Shown here piece after piece: positions 49,701 through 64,000 of a stretch of 64,000 nt of DNA. The notes under the pieces were generated by a model. The model had not been told where the DNA came from, did not search any database, and saw only the letters and a list, made by a program, of their open reading frames with translations. Position numbers and translations under genes: made by a program. The stretch is taken from positions 47,492,001 to 47,556,000 of the forward strand of contig OZ024745.1 of the NCBI GenBank assembly GCA_964016885.1, written 5' to 3'. This stretch comes from Eledone cirrhosa (taxonomy: Eukaryota). Every line of letters starts with the position of its first letter. Within the stretch, counting starts at the first letter, position 1.

Positions 49701-50055
49701 AGGAGGTTTGGCGAAATTGAGTGGCAGGCATGAAATTTTATTGTATTTCTTTAGCCGTTTGTGTCCTGGGTTCTCTCCTGTGACACTAGTGGTGACTAGT
49801 TATATTAGCCACCAGATTATCCTTGGCCAACATTAGTGGCATGGAATTGGAAGACTTGTTTGCAGGACTCACTGCTAATCTTCCACAAAGGCCTCCAGCT
49901 TGGAGAAAATCTTTCCAGGTGCAGATCTATGTTTTCATAAAAGATGCACAAGTTATGGATTTATAATTAAATCATTTAATTCTGTTGATAAAGCAATACA
50001 ATAAGGCTGAGAATTTAACTTGTCTATATAGAATTATTTTTTAAAGTAATATACT

Positions 50056-50087
<32 letters not shown>

Positions 50088-50199
50088 TACGTTATTCCGG
50101 GTTGAATCGGAGGTAACCACAGTAAGTAAGGTACTCAATACATGATGATTTCTAATGAATGAAACAGTTCTAGTCCTGTAGAATCTCATCTATATTAAA

Positions 50200-50241
<42 letters not shown>

Positions 50242-50295
50242 ATATATATATATATGTAATATGTATATGTATATATGTATATGTATATATATGTA

Positions 50296-52420
50296 TACGA
50301 AAGGCTACTAAATGAGGAGAATAAATGGGAGAAAGACAGTCTCCCCCACATCGACCCAATAGAGGGACCAGCAGTGTTAGTCGAAGGTAGTATAATAAGT
50401 AAGGCAATCAAAGATATGAAGACGGGTAAGGCGGCTGGGCCTTCGGAAATAGTTGCTGAGATGCTGAAAGCCTCCGGTACGGTGGGACACACCATGGTCA
50501 CCCGGATAGTAAACCAAGTCATACAGAATGGGGTTGTTCCGAAGGACTGGCGTAGCAGCATCATCGTTAACTGTTACAAGGGTAAAGGAGACGCCCTAGA
50601 TAGGGGAAACTATAGAGGCATTAAATTAATCGACCAGGTCATGAAGGTCACGGAAAAAGTAATAGCGCAACTAATCAGAGAGATAATTGATCTAGATAAA
50701 ATGCAGTTCGGGTTTGTGTCAGGCAAAAGTACCACAGACGCTCTTTTCATTGTACGACAACTACAGGAGAAGTACCTAGCTAAAAGTAAACCCCTATACT
50801 TAGCTTTTGTCGACTTGGAGAAAGCCTTCGACAGAGTCCCCCGTTCCATTATCTGGTGGGCTTTTAGAAAACTAGGTGTTGACGAATGGCTTGTGAGAGC
50901 CATACAAGCCATGTATAAAGAAGCAGTCAGCAAGGTTAGAATTAACAACGAATATAGTGAAGAGTTTAGCGTAAAAGTTGGTGTCCATCAGGGCTCTGTT
51001 CTTAGCCCCTACTATTTATTATTGCCCTTCAGGCTATAACAGAGGAGTTCAAGACCGGCTGCCCATGGGAACTCCTAGACGCAGATGATCTAACGCTCAT
51101 AGCTGAATCAATGGCCGAGCTAGAGAAGAAATTCCAAACATGGAAGCACGGCCTAGAATCAAAAGGCCTTAAAATTAACCTGGCTAAGACTAAAGTTCTA
51201 GTTTGTAGGAAAGAAAATAAGGCGCCGGTCCCCTCCGGGAAATGGCCATGCTCAGTGTGTAGGAAAGGCGTAGGTAGAAACTCCATTTTATGTCCCAAAT
51301 GCAAAGTATGGGTGCATAAAAGATGTAGTGGGATCACAGGTAAGCTAACTAAGAACACAGATTTTACATGTGGCCGGTGCTCTGGTGAAATAAGTAGCAG
51401 CAAGTGCCCACAAAATACTAGCTCTTTCAATTGCGTAGAGGGTTCTATAGAAATAGTGGACAGTTTCCGTTACCTGGGTGACAAAATCAGCAGTGGGAGA
51501 GGGTGCTCTGAAAGTACAGTAGCTAGAGTCAGAACTGGATGGAAAAAGTTCAGAGAGCTTATACCACTATTAGCCGCTAAAGGGTTCTCCCTAAGAATGA
51601 AAGGCAGGTTGTATGATGCCTGCATACGAACAGCAATGTTGCATGGCAGTGAGACCTGGGCATTGTGTGCAGAGGATATACGCAGACTAGAGAGGAACGA
51701 AGCTTGCATGCTCCGCTGGATGTGTAATAGTAATATACGTGAACGGCAAAGCATAAACGAACTAAAGAAAAAATTAGAAATAAGAGGGATCAGATGTTGT
51801 TTACTCAAGAGAAGGCTACGTTGGTATGGTCACGTGATGCGCATGAAAGACGACAGCTGTATAACAAAGTGCAGGGCAATAAAGATAGATGGTAGCCACG
51901 GAGTGGGCAGACCCAGGAAAACCTGGGACGAGCTGATAAATTCCGACCTCACACACTTACACCTCTCCAAGACAATGTCACTGGACCGAGACCTTTGGCG
52001 GTTCTCAGTAACAGAGAAGACCCGCCTTACCTAAATACAAAGTAAAACCTACTACAGTCAGTAGGCATCTCTAACAAAATACACCCCCGTCCCACTACCC
52101 CACCCCATCCACACCGCCCCCTTCAATGCAAAGTTATGTTGGTGCCACAACATCCAGGCCGAAACAAATGAGATCATGTAGGTGTCATGACAAAAAACAC
52201 AGTCCACGCTGTAATGTGGCCGTGTAGGCAACACGGTGAAAACCTCCCAGTCCCACACTGTAAATGTGGTTGGTGTTAGGAAGGGCATCCAGCTGTAGAA
52301 AACCCACCAGACAGTCCTATGCGAGCAAGACAACCACTCTAGCCTCAAGTGGGAAAACCCCCGTCCAAACCCATGCAAGCGTGGAACAGAGACGTTAAAC
52401 GATGATGATGATGATGATGA
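50296..52420 (+). mobile_element. 5'-truncated RTE LINE of the same family as 14177-17690, inactivated
   Basis: ORFs 50275-51039 and 51111-52034 are nearly identical in protein to the 14579 ORF. There is a frameshift near 51010, YADD is changed to DADD, and a (GAT)n tail lies at 52401-52420. Confidence 0.93.
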
Positions 52421-52442
52421 TATATATGTATATATATATATG

Positions 52443-52818
52443 TCATCATCATCATCGTTTAACGTCCATGTTCCACGCTTGCATGGGTTTGGACGGGAGT
52501 TTTCCCACTTGAGGCAAGAGTGGTTGTCTTGCTCGCATAGGACTGTCTGGCGGGTTTTCTACAGTTGGATGCCCTTCCTAACACCAACCACATTTACAGT
52601 GTGGGGCTGGGAGGTTTTTACCGTGTTGCCTACACGGTCACATTACAGCGTGGACTGTGTGTTTTTTTGTCGTGACACCTACACGATCTCATTTGTTTCG
52701 GCCTGGATTTTGTGGCACCAACATAACTTTACATTGAAAGGGGCGGTGGGGGTGGTGGGACGGGGGTGTATTTTGTTAGAGATGCCTACTGACTGTAGTA
52801 GGTTTTACTTTGTATTTA
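52443..52818 (-). mobile_element. Inverted 3' UTR-only RTE copy, tail-to-tail with the previous element
   Basis: Reverse complement of about 52032-52420. Confidence 0.9.
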
Positions 52819-54357
<1,539 letters not shown>

Positions 54358-54984
54358 CCCTGCTCGCAGGGAAACGCAAACATTATAATGAGGATGCTGT
54401 GATATATATAGTGGATGTTTGCATCACGCTGGTCTGAGTTTAAATTAAGCCCCCCCCCCCCCCCCCCCAAAAAAAAATACTCAATGAGAGATTATCTTTG
54501 TGGAGGCTCAACCTACTAGAAATAGCTGTAAAATTACCTTAAATCACACAATATCTTTAAAATGAAGGACATATTGAACAACGTAATGCTTGGTATGCAC
54601 AACCAATACTCAAAGTGGAGTTAAAGATTTATGAAAAAATTTACATACAGATTAAATTATATATCATCAGACTTTGTTTCATGGTAAAAACATGCATGTT
54701 TCATAAAAACGTTTTCCCTACTTATTCATCAGTGTTGCCATCTTTATTAATCACCTTCTTTTGTAAAGCCCATGTTATTGCTTTTTTTGTTTCTTGTTGC
54801 ATAGATACATTTGAATAGACTTTTGTTACAGGACCTTAAAAAATGATGGCAGAACTTATGAATCAGGGGTGACACGTGTTATAGAAACATATGTATTTTT
54901 ACCATGAATTTTGGAGTATTCCTATGACTATGATGATGATATGTAGCAATCTAGTAGAATCATTGTAAACATTAAAAAATCACA

Positions 54985-55336
54985 CAATGGACCTCCATTG
55001 GTTTTGACAATGAGTGTTCCAGTTGTTTAATTAATGGAACAGCCTGCTCCAGAAATTAATGTTCAAGTGGCTGAACATACCACACAAATAAGTACTCTTA
55101 AGATAATCCTCTAGGAGATTCAGAATGATACAATTTGTGATAAAACTGGTCTTTTTAATTATAATGTATAGTCTGTCCAATGGGCTACGAATCAGTTTCC
55201 ATCTATCCAATTTCACTGACAAGGCATGGGCCGACCCAATGCTATGGTGAATGACACTTGCTCAAGATGCCACACAGTGGGGTCGAACCTGGGACCTAAT
55301 GGTTGCAGAGCAAACTCCTTAACAATTCAGCCATGC
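54985..55336 (-). mobile_element. Decayed SINE(s) with a Deu/Nin-like domain and tRNA head
   Basis: TGGAACAGCCTGCTCCAGAAATTAATGTTCAAGTGGCTGAAC...GGAGATTCAG resembles the Nin/Deu SINE domain. A minus-strand tRNA-like head with GGTTCGACCC lies near 55280. Confidence 0.5.
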
Positions 55337-57693
55337 TATGTTTCACATACAATGTTATATTCACTTTTACTTTATCAGTATTTTGTAATAATAATAATAT
55401 ACATTATTAAATATAAAAATATTTCAACATATATTTATGATCTGGTTACTGATCACTATATTTCAGTGTCAGTGACTAGGTTGTAAATGAAAGAATGTTA
55501 CTTTATTATTATACTACTAATTATTATTAGTAGTAGTAGTAGTATACATTTATAATTAGGGCAGTAGATTGGCAGAATTGTTGGAACATTTGTCAAAATA
55601 TTTATGGTATCTGTTCCAGGTCTTTACATTCTGTGTTCAAATCCTGCTGAAGCTGACTTTACCTCTCATCTGTCTGGGTAATACCTTAAAATACCAGTCA
55701 AGTACTGGGTTGATTTAAGTCAAATGGCCCCTCAAACAATTGTTACCATTATCATTATATCAAAATTAGAAACAAGGCAGTAAATTGGCAGAACATTGGA
55801 TTTGCAGGATTGTTCTGGTTCTTTACATTTTGAATTCAAATTCTGCCACTGCCTGCTTTACCTTTCATCCCTCTTTAAAGTACCAGTCAAATGCACACCA
55901 TTCTTCTATTGTGACAACTAAAATATGTTTGAGTAACTGTGTGTGTGAATGTATGTGTGGTTGTATGTGTATATATATATGGTTGATTTTGTATAATTGT
56001 CTTATTACTTCATATGATTCATGCATATGTATCATATTTATTACTGCATATATTTTAATAGCTTAGATATGCTCTTCAACCTAGTAGTGCTATTAATTAA
56101 TTTGCTAATCATGCTATTTACTATTGCTCTTTTTTTATCATTATCATTATTACTATTATTATTATTATTATTATGAGGGTGGGGATTGGAAGTATTGGTA
56201 GAGTGTAGGATGACTTGCTTTGCTTAGTTATATAGCACTGAGGTTAGCTTTGCCTTTCATCCTTACGGGGTCGGTAAAATAAAGCACCAGTAATATACTG
56301 GGGGTCAATTTAATTGACTTTCTCCTCCCCTAAAATTGCTGGCCTTGTGTCTATAGTAGAAATTATTATTATTATTATTTGTTATTTGAGGGGTTTCAAT
56401 ATTTCCCTTTCATATCACAGTGAATGAGGTGCCTTCATTCTGGAAAACACATGTATACAAATGTTCAAAGTTAATGGTGGTGGGTGGGGTGTGAAGGTAT
56501 CATGGAATTTTACGAAATTATTAGTCAATGAAATTGGCATTACTATAAAGTACTACAGAGGAGGGGGGGTGTTTACTGTTAGAATCAGCAACCTATAATG
56601 TGTGTATGTGTGGACTATTTATTATGTACATATGTGAAATATTTTCATATAGTTTATATTTCGACTTGGGTAATATAATTCATTTTTTTATTAGTTATAT
56701 GTGTGTCCACCACAATACATAATAGATACATTGTATTTATATTTTGGGCTGCATATAATATAAAACTGTACCTTAACATAAATATTAAGAGGGTGTTGTA
56801 GTTTACTTGAAGCATTGTGTAAATAGAAGAAAATAGTGTGTTTTAGAGGGCCTTTTGCATCCTGTTTGCATTGCTGTACCCCTCTAAAACCATGTTACAT
56901 TCTATAGATATTAATAATTTCATATTTATTTATATATATTTTCATTATACATAATATTTATGAAAAATAGAATTAATTTTTTTTTCACTAGTCGTGTATA
57001 AAATAAAAATATAAAAAAGGTACATAAAAGAAAAAATACGATACTCTATTTACTAAGAAGAGAATAAAAAGTTCTTAGGAATGTAATGAAGTGGTTCATT
57101 ATTGAGAATGCATTAATCAGGCTAGTGAGGCCATTAAGAAGGATTATAGTAAAAAACCTATCATCCTTTTTCATGACAGCCTGTAAAAGGAGCAATTTAT
57201 GTTACATAATAAGTGGAATATATTATGAATGGATTAACTTCTAAAAATTTAAACATAAAGTGATGTTGGACATTATAAGCAGAATTATGAGACAGAAAAC
57301 AAAGTAATGAGTCCATAACTTGTGCTTATAACATCTAAAGGAAAGATATATATGCTTACAATTTATTAATGAACACTCACTGTTACATTAAATAAACGTT
57401 TGCATACAGGTAATTATTTCTTTAACATATAGATATCTTTATTCATTCTGTTAGTAGTAATTGTAAAACATTATTGAAATTTTGACCAGCCATAAACTCA
57501 CAAAAGAAAAAAATGATTTTGCTAAATCTTTTACAAATTTTTTTATTTATAAAACAAAATATTTTCTGTTTGTTTGTGTTATGAAAAAATACAGAAAACT
57601 AAATTCAATATATTATTAAACATTTTTTATGATATGCTTAATTAACCATTAAAAAATATTTTTTAATTTCATATTTTCATTTTTATTTCTAAG

Positions 57694-57828
57694 GTGATGA
57701 AGATAGAACTGAGCATATGCACCACATGCAGTTGCTACCAAGTTTCTTCCCATCATGTATGTGTGTAGCAATCCTTCCAATTCTTCATTTGATGGATGAC
57801 TTTGATGTGAACAACGATGGGATGTCTG
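57694..57828 (+). CDS. unc-80: unc-80 exon (GDEDRTEHMHHMQLLPSFFPSCMCVAILPILHLMDDFDVNNDGMS)
   Basis: Acceptor TTCTAAG, donor TG|GTAATT, phase 1-1. It resembles UNC80 FPACICAAVLPIVHLMED..V..DG. Confidence 0.92.
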
Positions 57829-57874
57829 GTAATTTTCTTTTCTTTCTGTTATTAAGCATTTCCAATCCCTTTAA

Positions 57875-58073
57875 CCCTTTAGCATTCACATTACTCTATA
57901 TATACTATTATATTTTCATGGTAAAGGCTTTACCTCATATAATATCTCACATAATATCGAATCTATGAGATTTTGAAAGTATTTATTTTGAGAATAATAC
58001 CTTAACATCAGTATGAGTGGCCAGTTTCAACAGAAAGAGGTAGAGAATTCTGGCTGGTTTGAACATTAAAGGG
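57875..58073. mobile_element. piggyBac-type MITE
   Basis: TTAA|CCCTTTAGCATTCA ... TGAACATTAAAGGG|TTAA: TTAA target duplication with CCC/GGG termini. Confidence 0.65.
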
Positions 58074-58809
58074 TTAAAGTGAAAAAATATTCCTCCTCCT
58101 CCTAGAGTCACTAGAACAATAAATAGAATTGTTTGCAGTATTTGTTCTGGCTCACTGCACTCAGTTCAAATCCCAAGAAAGTCAACATTGCTTTGAATCC
58201 TTTCAAGGTCGATAAAAACATAAAAAAATACATTCAGTACTGGGGTCAAATCTTCCTCTGTATCTCTTTCTCACTTCCTTTCTATCACACTCTCTCTCTC
58301 TGGAAGCAATCGGCTGTGTTTAGACCAGGTTTTAAAATATTGACTAAGAAGCACTCTGTCACTATGGTGCCTCTACGACTCCACCAGGTGTTACAGGTAC
58401 ATGCATACATGCATTCATTATTACAGCTGACAGTAGGGCGGTGGATTGGCAGTATCGGTAGAGGGTCGGACGCCATACTTTGCAGCAAAGAGTTACGGCC
58501 CTTTATGGTCTGAGTTCATATCCCGCCAAGGTTAACTTTGCCTTTCATCCTTAGGGGGTCGATAAAATAAAGTACCAGTAATACACTGGGATAATTGCTG
58601 GCCTTGTGCCTAAAGTAGAAACAATTGTTACAGCTGACAGTTAGGGAGAGCGTTTTTGACTTTGTAATATGTTTCTAGTGAATTATTATATAGTTTAGCA
58701 AATCAAATAATCAGGCATGCACCTGGAACCAAAATTGTTGAAATATTGGCCTTATGATGATGATGCTGCTTATTTTTCTATCTTTTAACTGTGTTCCCTT
58801 ATCATTCAG

Positions 58810-58910
58810 TTGCTGACACAGCTCGGAAAGTGATCTGGAAATGTCTTGTTGATGACCCTGCCTTATTTCTCAGACATTTTTTAGAAAAACTTACCAACAA
58901 AGATCGGCAG
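58810..58910 (+). CDS. unc-80: unc-80 exon (VADTARKVIWKCLVDDPALFLRHFLEKLTNKDRQ)
   Basis: CAG acceptor, CAG|GTAAGT donor, phase 1-0. It carries the UNC80 motif W.CL..DP...LRHFLEKLT...RQ. Confidence 0.95.
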
Positions 58911-59747
58911 GTAAGTGATGAAAATGTTTTTTTTATCTTAATTTACATTGACATGAAGGTAAATTGGCCATGTCGATATGATGCCTTGTAGCATTTGACC
59001 CAGCACTTTGGTGTTTTGAGTTCAAGAACACTATCACCTGGCCCTTGGGTTCTATTAGCAGGATTGTAACTCAGAATACAAAAAGATATAACTAAATATC
59101 ACAAAGCATTTTGCCCACTTGTGACGTGTAGAGGATTAATAGAGTTAATTGCATAACAATAAAATGGCAGATTGATTAACTAATTGTATTATATACAGTA
59201 ATTCTATCACATCTATTCACATTCTAGGTTTGAAAATCTGTTGGGATCCTCAAAGTTTGATAAAAACAAAAAAAGTAGCAGTAATTTATTAACGAAACAA
59301 GTTTAGTGCTGGACAAAGAGCATGAAGTCTATTCTGTAAGGTAGTAGTGCTGGTGCTATGATAAAAAAGCACCCAGTACATTCTATAAGGTGGTACTGCT
59401 GGTGTCAAAACAAACAGCACTCAATCTACCATCTACAGTGGTAGTGCTGGAATCACTATAAAATGCTCCCAGTACATGCTGCCAATGGGTTAACATTAGA
59501 AAGGGCATCCAGCTGTAAAAGCCAAGCCAAAAAGGAAGCATACAAGCACAACTTAGTCACATGACCAATCTAACCTCAGTACATGACAGCCTATCTAACC
59601 AATGCAAGCATAGAAAATAGATGTTAAATGATGGTGATAATGATGATGATGATGATAATAGCAATGATCTTAGTCATGAAGAAATTATTTCACACATATT
59701 TCAAATTAGAATTTGATCATTACATGGTTTTCTTTTTCATTTTCCAG

Positions 59748-59834
59748 GAGGAACTAATATTCTTACTACGAAAACTGCTTCTTTATTTTCGGGACCTGCC
59801 AGCACAGATGGCACACTCATTGTTTAATTATTTG
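59748..59834 (+). CDS. unc-80: unc-80 exon (EELIFLLRKLLLYFRDLPAQMAHSLFNYL)
   Basis: TTTCCAG acceptor, TG|GTATGG donor, phase 0-0. It carries the UNC80 motif LRKLLL...D.PAQ..H.LFNYL. Confidence 0.95.
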
Positions 59835-60752
59835 GTATGGTTTGAATTTTTGTCATTTGTTTGCGGGATTTTTTTCTTTTCTGAAAATAATTTTCTTGAA
59901 TTTTCATATATAAGACTACATTGAGTTACATTTATTTAGCATTTCATTTTGGATTGTTTGTTGGGACTAAGACAACTACATTGTAGTAGAGTGTTAGTAG
60001 CCGTTGTGATGTACATTGTATATTCCATTTCAATTTATTATTAACTTGTCATTATAATATCTTATATTAGGTGCCAAAAGTGTTTTTTATCATACATTTA
60101 TGATCTGGTCATTTATATTCTACTTCACTATATCTTATAGAGATACAGTGAAGTAAATAATAAAAAAGATAAAATATATATATATATATATATCATGAAA
60201 ATAGTTTGTCATATGACTATGACCAAGAACAGTCAAGAAGTATAACAATTTTTCTTTGATTTTTATCTTTATTTCATTACAAGCCCATAACAAATTAATT
60301 TTTAAATTATGGAAAATTGTAAAGCACTTCCATAATACATATGTGTTTTCATATCCTTATGGGGTCGATAAAATAAAGTACCAGTAATGAACTGGGTAAT
60401 TGCTGGCCTTGTGCCTAAAGTAGAAACACATATTTAAGTCAAAGGTGGTTGACTGGAAGAATTGGTAAAGCATTGAATAAAATAGCATATTTGTTTTGGC
60501 TCTTTACATTCTGAGTTCAAATCCCACCAAGGTCAACTTTGCCCATCATCCAAATTTGCTGGACTAGTGTCTAAATTAGAACTTAGTATTTATGACTGTT
60601 TAAGAGTTTTTTTTTCTAAATTCAAATGAAATATTTTAAACCTATTTAAAATAAAAAATTTGTAATTTGTAAAATTTCTCTAAATATTTTGAAAATGGTT
60701 TTCTTCCATCATTAATATTCTTTTAAATGGTTGATTTTTTTCCTTTTTAAAG

Positions 60753-60836
60753 ATTGGTTATGTTATATTCTACGTACGAACTCCATCTGAAGGTGGAAAA
60801 GAGTGTATTGCTGGTGCTCTTTCTCTTCTATGGCAG
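60753..60836 (+). CDS. unc-80: unc-80 exon (IGYVIFYVRTPSEGGKECIAGALSLLWQ)
   Basis: AAG acceptor, CAG|GTATGT donor, 84 nt, phase 0-0. It carries the UNC80 motif VRTP.E.G...I...L..LW. Confidence 0.93.
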
Positions 60837-61506
60837 GTATGTAAACCAATTCAGATATTGTAATTCTTCTAATATATTTTAAGTGTTTTCATATTTCCAG
60901 GAAGCAAATTGGCAAAATTGTTAGAGCATCATAATTTATGGCATTTTTTTATGACTCACTGCACTCTGAGTTCAAATCTTGATAAGATAATCTTTCATCC
61001 CTTCGAGGTCAATAATTTAAGTACCTGTCCAGGAGTGGTGGTTTGGTGGAATTGTTTAAGTATTTGACATGATGCCATAAGACATTTTTTTCCACCTTCT
61101 CCATTCCAAGTCCACCAGGGTGCCAAGCTATTTTGACCCTTACTTGGACAACATTGGTGACAAGGAAAGAGAAGGCCTGCATGCATGGGTGACTGCTGAT
61201 CTTCCTAAAAACTAAATCTTGTCCAGGCCTTGTCTTGAAAAGGAACTTTCCAAGTGCAGATCCATAGTTTAACAAGACATATGGAAGACCCAAATAGATT
61301 TTCTAATTTTCTTAAATAATTAATTTGGTTCATTTCTCTTTATTCTCCTCCTCTTTCCCTCTTTCTATTCGTTTCTCCTTTTTACTTTCTCTCTGTCTCT
61401 GCTTCTACTTTTCATATATGAAAATAAGTTGTGTTTAAAATTTCAAATTTGTTTAATGAATTCTAGAAATTAGCTGCAACTTATGGTTTTTCTATTTTCT
61501 GTGTAG

Positions 61507-61575
61507 ATTATACCAAGTGTAGAAGGGATATATTTCAAAGATTTAAAGCAGACACTACGTAAAGAACAGTGTGAT
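61507..61575 (+). CDS. unc-80: unc-80 exon (IIPSVEGIYFKDLKQTLRKEQCD)
   Basis: TAG acceptor, AT|GTAAGT donor, 69 nt. It carries the UNC80 motif VEG..FKDLKQT..KEQC. Confidence 0.95.
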
Positions 61576-62000
61576 GTAAGTTTTTTTTGTTTTGCTTTTG
61601 TTGTTGTATATACATATAGATTTTGACTGTTTTGAAGAGTGCATTAAACACAAGTCTCCTGGTTCTCAAACCACTGGTCTAGCTTCACAGCTATAATAAA
61701 TTATATACAAATATCTATTGTGTTGGTGGGAGGGGGGGGGGGGGGAGTAGGTATATTTTATTGACAAACTTTTACATCAAGAATTTTCTGTATTAATCAA
61801 CTATTATCTTAACCACATACTAATATCAAAATATTAAAACTTCATATATATGAGAATTTCAAAACCATACTATCTCAGACATAAAATGGGGAGGGGGTCG
61901 GCTTATAATTGGATCAGCTTATGTTTGAGTATATACAGTATTGTTAAATACGCTTTCAAATTATACCCACTTCTGAATTGTGTGTAACTTTTATTTTCAG

Positions 62001-62099
62001 CCATTCCTGTTAGTTTCATCTAACGTTCCAAGTGCTAAGAAGATTATTGTGCATGGCCCAGATTTAGCAAGCATACCTTCTCAGTTTCCTATACAAGAG
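62001..62099 (+). CDS. unc-80: unc-80 exon (PFLLVSSNVPSAKKIIVHGPDLASIPSQFPIQE)
   Basis: TTTCAG acceptor, AG|GTAATA donor, 99 nt. It carries the UNC80 motif LLV....P..K...VHG.....IP.Q.P..E. Confidence 0.93.
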
Positions 62100-62355
62100 G
62101 TAATAATGTTTTTCTTTTCTTCTTTAACATCTGAACTTTAATCTAAAATGGGTTGACAAAAATTTGAATGTGATTATTTTTCAGCTGCAATTTATAATTC
62201 ATATTAAATTGGTTGTTAATGTGATTGATAAATTATATCTCAAACTAAGATCTCTAATTTTTAAAGATAATTTATTGCAAAATTAAGTAATAAAATAAAA
62301 TTTTATAAATATTATTCTTAGTCTTACATTTTAACATCATGATTTTATATTTCAG

Positions 62356-62452
62356 GATACAAAATTTTCTCAGATTCTCACTGACTCTCTGGATTTTTTC
62401 AATATCCCAGAAGATCAGCATAACTCTTACTTCATTGTGGACACAAAATCGA
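62356..62452 (+). CDS. unc-80: unc-80 exon (DTKFSQILTDSLDFFNIPEDQHNSYFIVDTKS)
   Basis: TTTCAG acceptor, GA|GTAAGG donor, phase 0-1. It carries the UNC80 motif DT.F...L...L.FFNIPE.Q...YF..D. Confidence 0.93.
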
Positions 62453-63206
62453 GTAAGGTTTAAACAGGAATTTTCTTGTAATTTTATAATACTGAACATT
62501 ACAGCTAAGCCCTAAAAGTAGTTAACTATTTTTTTATATTTAGCCATCCATTTCTCAGCTTTTTTTCCGCCATTTATGTATTTTTTCTTATGCACCTCAT
62601 TGCTTTAATATTTTGCTTTTTTTTCTTACTGACACCAATTTTATACAAGCCTCACACCATTATCTTCCTCCCTACATCTCTATTTCATGTCAGACATATT
62701 GATTTTGACTGACCTTAAAATCACTTCCAACCTACCCCAAAAGAAGTCAGCCCGTTCTTTCTTCCTGTGAAACATTACAGCAAAGCCCTAAAAATATCTA
62801 ACTAATTCTTTCACATCACCGTACCCCTATAATAAAGTGCCTGAAATACTTAACTCATTTCATACAAAATTGCCTAAACTGCTCCTGGTTCTATGATACA
62901 AAGCTTTATTTTAAAGTGTTTATATTTATCTAAAAACATTCCATCATAATTTTATGTAAGAATCTTTATTAAGTTATGTTCCAAACAGCTTAAATATGAT
63001 AAAGTTAGTTATATAACTTTATTCCTTCAAATTCGTGATTATTTTTTAAATAATTTGAAAATCATAGGCTGTTTCTTTCATTAGAAATATGGAACTTCAA
63101 AAAGTTACAGCTATAACAGTTTTTGTTATTATTATTTCATATTTATCCATCAGATATAATTCTTTGTGTATTTTTGTAATTTGAAAAATCCTGTTTTTAT
63201 TTCCAG

Positions 63207-63328
63207 ATCATATGCACAATTTGAATTCCTATGTACGTGACTTTTATTTTTTCCATCGAAATATCTATCCACAATTGAGTTTGGTTCATATGAACCCAGA
63301 CGCTGCCTTTCAGTCACTACAAAAACAG
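63207..63328 (+). CDS. unc-80: unc-80 exon (NHMHNLNSYVRDFYFFHRNIYPQLSLVHMNPDAAFQSLQKQ); gene continues beyond the window
   Basis: TTTCCAG acceptor, CAG|GTACAT donor, phase 1-0. It carries the UNC80 motif YVRD.Y.F.R...PQL.LVHM.P......QKQ. Confidence 0.93.
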
Positions 63329-64000
63329 GTACATTGTTCAAACTTTACATTCAATACATTAGAAAAAACTTTATTTTCAATTCAAAGGATTTTTGATTTT
63401 TTAGATTGTTTTAACTATGACACCTGATACCATGCACTAACTTCAGAATCTATGTCTTTGGTATCATTTCTGTCCATATTCAACTATCCAATGGTTTTGG
63501 GTTTTACAGTGGATGTGGCATATCTAGCTGTTAGATCAGTAGGTAGATTGATGGATTTTGCTCTGCTCTGGCTATAGCCTTTTTGTATCTGGTATGTTTG
63601 CATAAAATGCATTTAAATGCCTTCAGTGAAAACACACAGTTGTGAGAAGTTGTGTTGTATATTGTTACAACTGCGCTCCATATATAATAAGGTAGTAATA
63701 TATTACTGCCTACCACTATTTAGGGTTTGTATAAAAAAATATATATAACTGCAAAAGGTTTTTGTATTTACATAACCATAAATAGTATAATTAATACTAT
63801 ATATATATATATATATTTGTGTATATATACAGATTGAGTAAGCAAGATGGCACCAATATATATATGACTATGTAGTTCTTTGAATACTCAACAACATATA
63901 ATAAGAAACCATTTTACCTTGTTTTAATGAAATATTCATATCCACACTACATTGAGTTCTAACTGCATTATAAGTCTTACCATAATTAGGTAGAATATTA

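Overview
AT-rich eukaryotic genomic DNA, most likely from an octopus or other coleoid cephalopod. This is an inference from the huge (TA)n-type arrays, the RTE LINEs with (GAT)n tails and the octopus-type tRNA SINEs. The window lies inside one large + strand gene, unc-80 (subunit of the NALCN sodium leak channel complex). Nine exons are well supported (35381-35509 and eight exons from 57694 to 63328), and they splice in frame with GT-AG boundaries. Several small symmetric phase-1 candidate exons (24, 12/27, 33 and 54 nt) fall in a poorly conserved linker of the protein. The introns hold a 43-bp minisatellite, a 200-N gap, and a roughly 23-kb nest of RTE LINEs and Penelope-like elements embedded in (TA)n arrays. 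One RTE has an uninterrupted APE-RT-zinc-finger frame. The introns also contain a non-autonomous Helitron, MITEs, RLE-type LINE fragments and many SINEs. The most notable unannotated signals are three. First, a structured 465-bp tandem unit carries a complete minimal type I hammerhead ribozyme (retrozyme-like). Second, a second repeat family carries hammerhead-like motifs in inverted orientation. Third, many long inverted repeats would form dsRNA in the unc-80 pre-mRNA. Almost all Y/I-rich ORFs in the track are microsatellite artefacts.
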